Notes: generated by a model from the sequence alone, not told the origin. A DNA stretch of 64,000 nucleotides from Thecamonas trahens ATCC 50062 (GCF_000142905.1 NW_013657612.1:76328-140327); one strand, 5' to 3'. Shown: positions 43,315-54,399, counted from the first letter of the stretch. A program made the numbers and translations.

Positions 43315-43324
43315 GTCACGTGAC
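43315..43324. promoter_or_regulatory. Perfect CLEAR-consensus palindrome GTCACGTGAC
   Basis: Directly upstream of the S28 peptidase start. Function is inferred. Confidence 0.45.
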
Positions 43325-43348
43325 TTTGCCAATAGAGTCGGGTGACTG

Positions 43349-43390
43349 ACTGGCTGGCTGGTTGGCTGGCTGGTTGGCTGGCTGGCTGGC
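43349..43390. repeat. (GGCT)n microsatellite
   Basis: Read directly. Confidence 0.85.
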
Positions 43391-43546
43391 TTGTGCTGGT
43401 TTGTGCGAGAGGGCGGGTGCTGGTGGTGTGCGGGGAATACTGGACAGATTTGGCTATCGGATTGGTCCATGTCCTCGATCAGCCAAGGAGGAAACTATGG
43501 GTGACCAGATGGGCGGGCCTGTTGTGGTCAACGGTGGTCGAGATAC

Positions 43547-43723
43547 CGCCCAATTCTTGCCTTGATATCGTGTGTACGCGAGCCATCGAACGGCGCTCAC
43601 GTACACGCGGTTCGCCGTGCCAATCGGTACGATGTGCTGGCAAAGATGGTCAGCACAGTAAATGCAAAGAAATCTCAAGTTGTCGCGCCAGCGGAGCGAC
43701 CGCTCGGCCGACAACCGGGAGTG
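43547..43723 (-). repeat. Dispersed 177-bp element, copy B (inverted relative to copy A)
   Basis: Reverse complement aligns without gaps to 30197-30373. Confidence 0.85.
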
Positions 43724-43972
43724 TTACTGTCCGAGATGATCATCGTGGAGCTCAGAGCGGTCAGGTCTGGCGTGGCGGAAAAAGCAAGAAGAATCGAAGA
43801 TCAGCCAAAAAACCGCCCGCCTGGGGTGCACGACGTGATCGGCAACGCAATGTGGTGCTGCTGTGAGGAACAATCGGAAAACATGTGTGACATGTGTGAG
43901 TGTGTTTGTGTGTTGTGAGTGATGGTGACTGTGGCTGAGTTGATGGCGGCGATTTGGCTGTTTCGTTTCTTT

Positions 43973-46509
43973 TCAACGCGACTGCGGCGACGACGACCGC
44001 GATCGCGGGCCGGCGCCGGTCCGTCCGGGCGGCGAAACGGCGCGGACACGCTTCTGCACGTCCGAGGAGACGTACTTGGAGCGGAGCTGGGAGAACTTGG
44101 CCTCCGATGCGGCGCGGTACTCGGCGATGGGGTTCGAAGCTGAGGCAATGGTCGATGCGCCCGGCGCGGCAAACGCGGGGCGGCCGGTACTCATGGCGAG
44201 CGGCGAGATTGAGGCTGACGCTGGCGAGATGAGCTGCGTCGAGGCTTGTGGTGAGAGCGCGCGCGGTGAGGTCGACGCCGGGCCGCCGACCGGCGAGAGG
44301 GACCTGGGCTGGTGCTTGACGACAAAGCCAGTGCCGACAACCGGGCCTGGTGCGGGCGCCAGCTGCGGCGAGAGCGCCGACGGCGACGACGCCCGCGGCG
44401 AGATCCGCGGCGATGTCCGCGCCTTGGCCATCGCCGCGTACTTGCGCCGCAGTTCGTCGGCACGCTCGGCCGCGCTCTTGAACGTCGGTGAGGTGACGGC
44501 AAAGCTCGAGTACGCCAGCGAGGTCTTGGTGGCAAACGCCGACGGGATGGTCGACGTCGACGCAAACTTGAGGCTCGGCACCGAGGCGCGAGCGCCGGCA
44601 CCGGTGGCGGCTTGGGCGGCAGGCGCGGCGTCGGATTTGGCGTCGGCCTCGGCTTCGACCACAATCGCAGCGTCGAGGAGCATGTCCAGCCCGATGGCGC
44701 GCTCAAATGTGTAGACTGGCTCGTAGGCGGCGTCGTCGATGGTGAGCGCGGCGAGGGCGGCAGCCAGCTCGTTGTCGACCGAGGCGGCAGGCGCAGGCAG
44801 CGCGGCAGCAGGCACAGTCAGTGTCGGGACTGTCGGCAGTCGCCAGTCGACTGGTGACAGACCAAAGCCGACCAGAGCAGCGTTGGCGGCCGAGAAACAG
44901 CGCGAGCCAAAGAAACCGCGCGAGGCCGAGAGCGGCGACGGGTGCGGCGTGGCGATGACTGCATGGCGGGCGGTGTCGACCTTGCGGAGCGCCTTTTGCG
45001 CAAATGAGCCCCATGCAAGAAAAACGGCGTGCGGGAGGCGGGCAGCGACGGCGGCGATAGCGGCATGGGTCAGGGCCTCCCACCCGCGGCCTTTGTGCGA
45101 GTTTGCCTTGTGCGCCTCGACGGTGAGGACGGCATTGAGAAGGAGGACGCCGTTGGCGGCCCACGAGGCCAGGAACCCGTGGTCTGGGCAACAAAGCCGT
45201 CAATGTCGTCGGCCAGCTCGCGGTAAATGTTGGCTAGCGACGGCGGGACATTGATGCCCGGCTTGACCGAGAACGACATGCCGTGCGCCTGCCCGTCGTC
45301 GTGGTACGGGTCTTGCCCGAGGATGACGACCCGAACCGCATGCAGCGGCGTGGCGTAAAAGGCCGAGAAGACCTCCTCGCGCGGCGGAAAGACCTGCTTG
45401 CCGGCAGAGACCTCGCTGGCAAGAAAGCTTTCGAGCTCGCGGATGGTCCCGGACTGCAGGACCTCGCGTAGCGCCTCGGCCCACGACGACTCCATCGGCG
45501 GAATGAAGGAGAGGCGGAGCGGCTGGCCAGGCGGGGGCGGCGAGCCGCTAACCGCACCCGGCGCATCCGAGAGCGACGTCCGGGTCTGGACCGCCGGCGC
45601 CCACCAGACCTTGCGGCCCTTGCCGTCCTTGTAGAACTCGCCCTTGTTGTAGATTTGGAGCCAGGCCTCAAACCGGGCTTTGTCCTCATCGCTGCCGTAT
45701 TTGTCGAGTGGCGGGATAGAGTCAAGGACCTCGGCGACTATGGCCCGGAGCTCGCGGCCGAGCACAGCTAGCGCGCCCGTGCCGCTAAGCGCGTCGACCA
45801 GCGGGATGTGCGGATCGAGCTGCAGCCGGTACATCAGCTCGGCGCGGAGGTAGTTGCCCACGCCGTTAAAGTACTTTTGATCGAGCAGGGCGTCCGCGAG
45901 CGGCTTGGCAAACACTGCCGGGCGCTTGGTCTTGGCTAGTGCTGCCGCCACGTGCGCCTCCCACGCCTCGGCCTCGCCGTACGGACACGGCGAGCGGCCG
46001 CTCGACCAGCCATCTTCCACGATGCGGCCCATGTTGAGGGTATCGACGTAGTAGACCGACGCGGACTCGCCCAGAATCATGAGCCGGGTTCCCTGTGGAG
46101 CGCCAGCCTCGCCACCGCCACCGCCATCATGCGCACCAAGCCCTGCACCAGCTCGATCAGCTGGACCATGGCGGACGACGAGCCACTTGCCGACCAGCCC
46201 ATGATTGCAGCGCCAGATAACTGGAGCTTGGTCCTGGCGAGCAACAGGAGGAGCCAGAGCAAAGCTACCCAGAGCACAGGCCGAGGCATGGCTGCTGCTG
46301 CCGGTGGCTGTCGACGCGGCGGTCGCTGGGCGCAGCTCAAGTCGCAGCTCTTTTCCACGGGCACGGGCTGAGAGCGAAAAGGCGGTGAATGGAAGGTTGG
46401 CCGGAGGCACCTTGCCACCGGCTACAGAGACCACACGGGTAAACCGTGTTGTTGCCGGGAGGGCAGAGATGTTCCGTGCATACCGCGCGATCTCAGGCAG
46501 CTCGGGCAT
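43973..46509 (-). CDS. Fusion of a NEIL1-type Fpg/Nei DNA glycosylase and a family-1 uracil-DNA glycosylase (UNG), plus a Ser/Pro/Ala-rich tail. Apparent 1-nt frameshift at about 45187
   Basis: NEIL1: MPELPE, ARGKEL, LLDQKYFNGVGNYLRAE, FEAWLQIY...DGKGRKVWW. UNG in the same ORF: VILGQDPYH, AHGMSFS, PPSLANIY. After adding one C (GCC CCA GAC): HGFLASWAANGVLLLNAVLTV, SHKGRGWE, WGSFA, HPSPLSA, open to the stop at 43973. Confidence 0.88.
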
Positions 46510-46592
46510 GGTCCTGGTCTGCCTGGAGTGCGGTGTGTGCGTGCGTGTGTGTTTGTGTGTAAGAGGCGGGCGGAGTGAGGGGAGAGTTGGGT

Positions 46593-49500
46593 TTACATGG
46601 TCTCTGTCTCGGAGGGCTCGGCGGGTTCGGGGGAGGGCTCGGCGGGCTCGCGGGTAGGTTCCGGATCGGCGATGGGGGCGGTGTCCGTGGCGACGCCAAC
46701 CTTGACCTCAGGCTCGGCGGGCTCGGGGGTAGGTTCCGGATCGGTGATGGGGGCGGTGTCCGTGGCGACGCTAACCTCGACCTCAGGCTCGGCGGGCTCG
46801 GGGGTAGGTTCAGGATCGGCGATGGGGGCGGTGTCTGTGGCGACGCTAACCTCGCCCTCAGGCTCAGCGTCAACCTCAGGCTCAGGCTCTGGCTCAGGCT
46901 CAGCCCCGACCGGCTCGGGGGCGGCGGGAAGCGGCCGCCGGACGATGGCTGAGCGGTGCTCGACATGGATCCATGTGGCAAAGGTCGGCTCGAGGCGGGC
47001 GGTCCGGTCGCCGAGCTGGACAGCGAGGCTGTGCGAGGCGACGTTGTACGAGCCGGGCGAGGAAAAGGCGACGTGGAGGGCGACGGTGGCTGTGGCCCGC
47101 GGCGCGAGATTGATGGCCTTGTTGTGCGCGGCGCCGAGCCACATCCACGGCACCGTGGTGTGGGCCGGGACGAACCGCGCGCTGGCAGGCGTCGCCAGCG
47201 AGAGGTTGGTGATTGTGAGCGTGAGGTCGACCAGGGCGAGCGGCGAGGCGCCAAAGTCGTGGTAGACCCGCTGCTCCGGGCCGAGAAGAACGTGCCGGAC
47301 GATGACGGCCGGGTCGACTGCGCGCGACTCGTCGACCTCGGCGACGTGCTCGCTCGGCGCCGCACCGCTGGCAGCAGGAGTACCTGGGACCCGCGGCAGC
47401 GGGTGCCCAAGCGAGAGCACCGACGCCGGCGGCAGGATCGCCAGGCCATGGATGGTTGGCGGCGGGTTCGGCGCCGCCACGTTCCACGCCACCAGCGCGT
47501 GGACCGAGAGAGGCGCAAAGTGGGTGCTCGCCACATTGCGCGCATGCGAGAGGAAGCCCATAGCTGCAGGCGAGGCCGAGAGCAGACTGCTGGTGTCCGC
47601 GTCCGGCTGCGCCAGCGCCAGTGCCGTGGGCACCGGCACCGCGTCGGCCGCGTCGGGCGCGACCGTCACGTGGTAGTGGAGTGTCACCGAGCCGCGCGAC
47701 GGGACGACCGGCGCCGCCTCGTCGGCGTCGGCACCGCTTGCGCGGGTGAAGCGCATGCCGGCGGCGACAAAGGTGACGTCGGTGACCACAACCGGCGAGC
47801 GGAGCAGGTTGTCGACCGACAGCGCATACAGCAGCGCGGTGGGTGATGCCGGCGAGTCAAGCACATGCCCGCGGCAGCGGAGCGATGGCACCACGTTGGT
47901 AGTAAAGTACAGCCGAGCAAAGCGGTAGAGGCCAGACTCGGTCGCTTCGTCATTTGCCGGTCCGGTGTAGTAGAACAGGACATGGACGTCGCGCGTCCCG
48001 AGATGGCCCGAGAACTTGAGACGGAGCGTGAGCTCGCGCGACTCACCGGGCGCGAGCTCCAAGCCTGCTCCGCTGCCGTCCCCACCACACCCGTCAAAGT
48101 ACATCAGCGAGCCGTCAAAGGCGTCGGTGTGCAAGACGCCCAGCCCCGAGTCCGGCTCAAAGACGGCTGCGCCCGGCACCGAGCACTTTGCGCGCATGTA
48201 ACTGAGCGGGCGCTGCCCGGTGTTGGTCAACCGCAGCGGAATGGTGACAACAGCATGATTGGGGACCGTGGGCGGAGCGACCGGCGCAGTCACACCGTCG
48301 GGCGCAGTGACCGCCAGGCACGGCAGCGGCGGGACGACGTCGAGGGCGAGCCGCGCGTCGGGCGCATAACTGACCGAAGTCCGGTCGGCGACGGTCTTGA
48401 ACAGGCGCGGGCCGCGGCCAGAGAAGGCGACCCGGCCCTCGATGGCCGAGTTGAGCGAGAACCGCAGGCCGGTGAGCGCAAGGTTGCCGACCGAGTTGGG
48501 CACCAGGCTCAGCGTGAGCTTGCGTCGCTCGTTGGCCCCGAGCGTGAGCTCGACCGACGTGGCGGTGTAGGCCTCGGCCGGCGTCGCCGTCAGCCGCAGG
48601 CTCGAGAGCACCAGCTGGACCGCCAGCGGATTGACCAGCTCGAGCTCGACCGCGATGGTCTCGCCGATGACGTGGATGTTGTCGTGGTGCGGGACGGACC
48701 AGGCGTTGTTGCGCGGCGCACCACGGACGGTGCCGGCGCGGAGGAGCTCGTCCTCAAACGAGCGCCACCACGCGTTAGGCGAGGCAAAGTCGTGCGGGGT
48801 GTGAAGAGCGGCAAATGCGTACGCGAGCGCGGCCGGTGGCGGGCGCGAGTACGGCGAGAGCACCCGGAGCGAGGCCTCGTCGAGCCGCGGCAACGGGAGG
48901 TCACGGGCCTCGGGCGCGGCGTCGCCCAGCGCCGAGTTAGCGCCCTGCACCACTCGGATGTAGTTGTTGAGGTAGGTGGCCTGCACGGTCGGCGACTGGA
49001 CCGACGAGGCGAGCATGGGGCCCATGGCATCAACAGAGCCGTCGCGGTCGCCGAGCTTGAACGTCAGCCGGGCCACGTTGTACCGCAGCGTGTCGTGCGA
49101 GCGAAGCCAGCCGGCGGCGGCGGCGCTCTCGATGCGGAGGAGGGTGGTGTAGAGGCGGAGCGCGTGTGAGGCCTGCCCGGCGTCGGCAAAGCGGTTGGCG
49201 GCCATCATGGCGTACATGACAAACTTGCGGAGCTTGGTGGTGGGAAAGACGGCGAGGAAGCAGTGCGCGACTTGCTCGAGCGAGAGCGCAACAAACAGCG
49301 GGTTATTCTGCGACGCCGTCATCTGCATGACGCAGTGGGCTGCCGGAATAAAGGCCCGCCGCTCGCGCCAGAGCTTGTAGTGCAAGTAGAGCGCGCGTTT
49401 GGCGTTGGCGTAGTACCCGGTCTTGTGGTAGATAACAACTGCCGAACCGATCGAGCTGTTGACGTCCTTGTGCGAGGCGTCGTAGAAGAGAGTGGCAAGG

Positions 49501-50836
49501 CCGAGGGCCTCCTGGGCGCCGGCGTAGTACCGCCACGCCGACTCCTTGCGGTACTCGTCGAGCGCGAGCGAGTAGACCGACGCCGCCAGCGGATAGTCTT
49601 GCAGGAGAAAGGCGAGGTCGGCGAGGACTCGGAGCTGCGCGCCCGGCGACTTGTAGTGAAAGATGAACGGCGGGCCTGCGGCGGCGTTGGGCAGCGGGCC
49701 GTCCTTCTCGGGCGACTTGGATGACTTGAACCACTTGGACCACTTGAAGCCCTTACGCGAGACGGCAACCCGTTCGTGGAGCGCGTGGACCTTGCGTCGC
49801 ATAAGCGGCACCAGAAAGTTGACCGCAAAGTTGGTGACAAACTGCGCGAGCGCGTCGATGTCGGCCGGCCCGAGCAGCGCACCGGGTGCAGGTGCGTCGG
49901 CCGGAAAAGCAAAGGTCGATGGGCGGCCGGATGCCCAAAACCGGGGCGGGAGGGCCGGGCCGGCGTCGCCGCCGGTCGACACTCTCACCAGCGCAAAATT
50001 CGACTGCGAGTAGAGCGAGGCCATGCGGGCGTGAACAGTCGCCGGCGTAGTCTCAGGGTTGCCCGAGCATGGCGCCTCCCACTCTTCTTCGTGCAGAATG
50101 AGGCGAAAGGCGGTGAGGTTCGGGTCCATGGCCCCGTTCTCAAACATGGTCGGCGGGACCGACGACGAGTAGAGGCCGGCGAGCGCCTCGATCGGGGTCG
50201 GGTTCCGGGTTGTCGAGACCAGCAGCAACGCCACCGGATGGTCAAACGACTCGTGCTCCGAGCCACGGAGCGCGTCGGCCAGCGTCTGGTGGTACGCATC
50301 GTACCACGGAGTCGGCGAGACGCCTGTCGCGCCCGCCCGGAACTCGCACCGGCGCCCGACGACCCCGCCGCCGACGACAACGGCGCGCTACCGGCTGTTG
50401 CCGACCCGGACGTGCCGGCAGTCATGTATGGGCTCGGAGGCGGGCGCTGGCGAGCAGAAGCGTAGTAGTTGAGGTACGAGGCGACCGAGTCTGGGGTGGA
50501 GAGCTCGGGCGGCGGAGGAACATCGTCGGGCAGGTCAGGCTTGTGCTTGGAGTCGACGCGAGCAGCAAGAAGGTCAGCAAGGGCTTCTGTGGGAAGGGTC
50601 TGCATCCACTCGAGCGGACGAAAGGCAATGCGGAAGTTGTGCATGTCATACGTCTGGCCATTGAGGTTGCCCGTGGTGACGGGACCGGTCAGCGAGGGCA
50701 GGCATGCGCCAAAGGGGGCAAAGAGGTCAGCAAGAGCCAGCGAGGAGGCAGAGGCCAGTGCTTGGGCGTCAAGGGTGGAGAGGACAAGGACCGTAGGCTG
50801 AAAGGTGTTAGTGACCAAGCTGTGGTACGGGTTCAT
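46593..50836 (-). CDS. TRAPPC8: TRAPP III complex subunit Trs85/TRAPPC8. Apparent 1-nt frameshift at about 50338
   Basis: LADLFAPFG, TPWYDAY...SEHESFDHPVALLLVS, QLRVLADLAFLLQDY, WRYYAGAQE, RKFVMYAMMAANRF, VELVNPLAVQL. Confidence 0.88.
46610..46865 (-). repeat. Coding 75-bp tandem repeat, about 3 copies (EPEVxVSVATDTAPIxDPEPTPEPA), at the TRAPPC8 C-terminus
   Basis: Visible in both the translation and the DNA. Confidence 0.85.
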
Positions 50837-50916
50837 TTCCCCGCTCGCCAGGCCGCAGTGGCTGGGGAGGAGTGTGCTGGGTGGGACGAGGTGGGGGTGG
50901 GTGGGTGGGGGGGGGG

Positions 50917-51016
50917 NNNNNNNNNNNNNNNNNNNNNNNNNNNNNNNNNNNNNNNNNNNNNNNNNNNNNNNNNNNNNNNNNNNNNNNNNNNNNNNNNNNN
51001 NNNNNNNNNNNNNNNN
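50917..51016. other. Assembly gap (100 N)
   Basis: Run of N after poly-G. Confidence 1.
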
Positions 51017-51024
51017 AGTGGTAG

Positions 51025-51088
<64 letters not shown>

Positions 51089-51135
51089 CGTGTGTGTATG
51101 TGTGGGTGTATGTGTGTGCTTGTGCGTGTATGTGT
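51025..51135. repeat. (TA)n and (TG)n microsatellite
   Basis: Read directly. Confidence 0.9.
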
Positions 51136-51191
51136 GGGGGGGTGGCGGCAGTGAGCAGACTCGACTCTGTTGACCAACACCGACACCGACC

Positions 51192-52149
51192 ATGATGAGG
51201 GTGGCAGTAGTGGCTCTTGTCGTGGCTGCAGTGTGCATCAGCAGCTGCCATGGCATGTACTTTGTGCTTGGCAACACTGAAAAGTGCTTCCAGGAGGAGG
51301 TACGTGGACGGGGGGGAGGGGGAGGGGGAGGGGGAGGGGGGGCTCTGGGGGCGGGGAGGGTGTGAGGGGAGGGAGGGGAAGGGGTGTGGAGAGTATTGGC
51401 GAGGCAGGAAGCGGCAGTATGAGCAGAGGGTGTACTCATGGAATGCATGGTATGTGTATGTATGTGTGTATGTATGTGTGTATGTTTATACGTGTGGCTG
51501 TGGCTGTGGCTGTGGCTGTGGCTGTGGCTGGCTGGCGGCGGAGGAGGCGTAGGTGGAGAAGGACACGCTTGTGGTGGGACACTACAATGTGCGCAACCTG
51601 GATGATGCGCGGGCAAACTACGATGACGTGGCCAAGTATGGCCGCCAGCCGCCGCCGGGAGTGACAGGCATGGAGCTCGCCATCACTGTTTCTGTTCGCG
51701 ATCCCTCGGGTCGCATTCTGTTTGCGCAAAAGGGCGACGAGTCGCATCGGTTTGCCTTTACCTCGCACGCCGATGGCGTCCACACAATATGCGTCCGCCC
51801 CACGACGACCGGCTCGTGGTTCTCAGGTGCCCGCAAGGTCCTTGTCGACTTTTCGCTTGATGTCGGCGAGATGGCCATGGACTTTAAGGAGATTGCGCGC
51901 GCCGAGCACTTTTCCGAGCTCGAGGGCTCGGTCTACAAGCTCCGTGCCATGATGCGCGACATTGCCGACTCGCAGGCGTATTTTCGCAAGCGCGAGCAGC
52001 GGTTCCGTGAGACGACAGCGTCGACCCACTCGCAGTCGCTCTTCTGGTCTGTTGTCCAGATCCTTGTCATGTTTGCCTCGACCTGCACGCAGATGTACTT
52101 TTTCAAGACCTCGTTTGCCTCGTCACGCCGGTTCTTCCTTGGCTGGTGA
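51192..52149 (+). CDS. p24/emp24/gp25L (TMED, GOLD domain) cargo receptor, alpha-subfamily-like. Exon 1 is 51192-51299, intron 51300-51552
   Basis: Signal peptide plus MYFVL..TEKCFQEE|VEKDTLVVGHY, RFAFTSHADGVHTIC, QAYFRKREQRFRETTAST, TM helix. GTACGT...GTAG intron, phase 0. Confidence 0.88.
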
Positions 52150-52198
52150 GATGCAATAAAACCGTGCAGCAAACGAGAGCAGGGCAGAGAAGAGTGCA

Positions 52199-53959
52199 TC
52201 ACGGGCGCCGGCGCCGGAGCTCGCCAGCGTGCTGCTGCTCCCGGATCTGGCGCGAGAGCACGTCGCGCTGCGGCACCACGGCTTCCAGTGGCTCCTCTGA
52301 GCGGTCGGTCTCGGTGGGGACAGGCGAGCCGAGACCAGCGCCAGCCATGCTGGTCGCTGCCGAGCCGGTCACTGTGTCATCGTCGTCCGACTCGTATTCG
52401 TCATCGTCGTCGCCGCCGTCTGGCCGGTGGAGCTCGTTGACGCCCGCCACCACCTCGGCGGCGGCGTGGAGCCGCGACCGAATCTCGACGTACTCGCTCA
52501 TGTTCTGCTCCAGCGCAGCAACAAGGACGAGATAGTTCTCAAGCGTCGAGATTGGGAGCGACCGCAGCGAGTCCGGCGTCTCGAGCGGCATCTGTGCCCG
52601 CCATGTGGAGATGGGGACGTCGGGCGTGGGCACTAGCGGCAGCAGCGGCATGTTCTTCTCGCGCTTGCCGGAGCTCGGCCTGGCGGTGCTGCCGGCGGCA
52701 GCGGCGGCAGCGCCGGCCGCCCCGCCCATGATCGCGGCCGTCGCCGGCGTGATGAGGCTCCGTCGCTGCGCCCGCTTTGTCCGCTTCAGCTCGTTGTACG
52801 AGACAGAGAGGTTGGTGACGACGACGCCGACAAAGACGTTGGAGAGGACAAACGCACCGAGGATGATAAACGAGGCAAAGTAGAGGGCAGCAGGCACAAA
52901 CATGCCCTTGTCCTCCAAATCAGAGAACATGCTCACCCATCCGTCCTGGGTCACAATGATGAAGAGCGAGAACAGCGCCTGATCGAGTGAGCCAAAGTGC
53001 TGCGGGGTGGCGTCGCCAAAGACCGTCACGCCCACAACGGCGAAGATAAAGGCCACAATCATGAGCAGGAGCAAGATGTTGAGCATGTCCGGGAGCGACT
53101 GCAGGATGGTCTGCACAATGATCTGCAGGCCCTGCAGCGCCGAAATCGACCGCAGCGACCGGAACGCCCGCACCACGCGGAGGATCCGGAGCACGCGCCC
53201 GGACGAGAGGAACGAGAGCGACGGGCCAAGAAGCGAGGCCGCGACAATGATGAGGTCAAAGATGTTCCAGCCCTGAAGCCAGAACCGCATGAACCCGTAG
53301 TACCACTTGAGCCCGATCTCCACCACAAAGATGATGAGAAAGACCGTGTCGAACGCCGAGAGCAAGCCGTCCATCCGTGACTGGATGGCGCGGTCGGTTT
53401 GCACGCCAATGAGAATGGAATTGAGGACAATGATAAACAGAATGCCGAGCCGGAAGGCCACCGACTCGACGAGCACGCCCACCAGGTCCTGCGAGACATA
53501 CGAGTCCCAGGCCTCGGACGGATCAACGTCGACGACGTCGGCAAAGTTGATCTCGGGCTTACCCCCGTCGTCGCCGACCTGCGCCAGCCCGGGCCCGTCC
53601 ATCCGCCCGCCACCCGCGCCGCCACGGACGCTCTCCTCAGCCTTGAGCTCGTCGAGCGTGATGCCTGCGCCAAAGACCCGTCGCGGCTCGCTCGGCGCCG
53701 ACGGCAGCTCCTCGTCGGCCGCCGCCAGCACGCCTGGAATCTCAAACTCGGACGCAGTCAGCTCGACGTCTGTCGGATACGTCTGTCGCCGCCCGCGTTC
53801 GCCCATCTTCTCCTTCCCGCCACCGCGCCCGCCGCCTGCCGCCGCGCTCCCGGCCTCGCCGCGGAAGGTCGGCAAGGCGCCGACCGACTCGGCCATGACC
53901 GACCGCGTCAAGCCCAGCCTCGACCCGTTTCCAGCAGCCTCGCTCCTGCTGCTGCTCAT
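52199..53959 (-). CDS. CATSPER4: CatSper-type cation channel alpha subunit, CATSPER4-like
   Basis: Single 6-TM domain, WNIFD, S4 RVLRILRVVRAFRSLRSI, pore LFIIVTQDGW, C-terminal LENYLVLVAALEQNMSEYVEIR resembling CATSPER4. Confidence 0.8.
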   Translation of the reverse strand: MSSSRSEAAGNGSRLGLTRSVMAESVGALPTFRGEAGSAAAGGGRGGGKEKMGERGRRQTYPTDVELTASEFEIPGVLAAADEELPSAPSEPRRVFGAGITLDELKAEESVRGGAGGGRMDGPGLAQVGDDGGKPEINFADVVDVDPSEAWDSYVSQDLVGVLVESVAFRLGILFIIVLNSILIGVQTDRAIQSRMDGLLSAFDTVFLIIFVVEIGLKWYYGFMRFWLQGWNIFDLIIVAASLLGPSLSFLSSGRVLRILRVVRAFRSLRSISALQGLQIIVQTILQSLPDMLNILLLLMIVAFIFAVVGVTVFGDATPQHFGSLDQALFSLFIIVTQDGWVSMFSDLEDKGMFVPAALYFASFIILGAFVLSNVFVGVVVTNLSVSYNELKRTKRAQRRSLITPATAAIMGGAAGAAAAAAGSTARPSSGKREKNMPLLPLVPTPDVPISTWRAQMPLETPDSLRSLPISTLENYLVLVAALEQNMSEYVEIRSRLHAAAEVVAGVNELHRPDGGDDDDEYESDDDDTVTGSAATSMAGAGLGSPVPTETDRSEEPLEAVVPQRDVLSRQIREQQHAGELRRRRP

Positions 53960-54268
53960 ACTCGTTCAGTTCGAGGGGAGGGCGTCAGAGAGCGGTGTGT
54001 CTGTTGCTTGCGGGAGGTGGGGTGGGGTGGGGTGGGTGTCGGGGCTGGGGCTGGGGGGTGGGGGGTGCTATGCCCGGCAGTTCGACCTGGCGTGGCCTTG
54101 ATAAAGGCAAACTTGGCCTTGATGAGGGTGATGCAGGTCTCCTTGCCGAGAGTCAGCCTCCGCAACGCATCCATTGTCGCTCCATGACCACAGCTGGGTA
54201 CACGATCTCGGCTTCTATCTCTCTCCTAGCAGCGAGTGCGACACTGCTCTCTCTCCCGCTCCCCCATC

Positions 54269-54399
54269 ATGACCACGTTTCTGGCCGAGGCGAATGCCGG
54301 GCGATGGGAAGAGCTTTCCCCAGGACTTGATCCACGCATGTACGCTCCCGTCCTCCCCTCCTCTAACCGCGTCAGTCCCGTGTCGATGCTTGTTTGTGC

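Noticed and set aside
21677-46509. Apparent DNA-repair cluster (TFB5, YaaA, RAD51D, NEIL1-UNG)
   Set aside because: The genes are spread over 25 kb among unrelated genes and share no visible regulatory motif. Chance is sufficient.
46610-46865. Regularly spaced repeats that might suggest a CRISPR array
   Set aside because: They are in-frame 75-bp coding tandem repeats without unique spacers, in a eukaryotic context with no cas genes.
50323-50350. Possible 26-nt GT..AG micro-intron explaining the TRAPPC8 frame change
   Set aside because: It is far shorter than the other introns (125 nt or more) and has no branch site. A single missing G explains the shift equally well.
53956-54174. 72-aa minus-strand ORF abutting the CatSper start
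   Set aside because: No motif, and it runs through a C-rich promoter-like tract. Not supportable as a gene.
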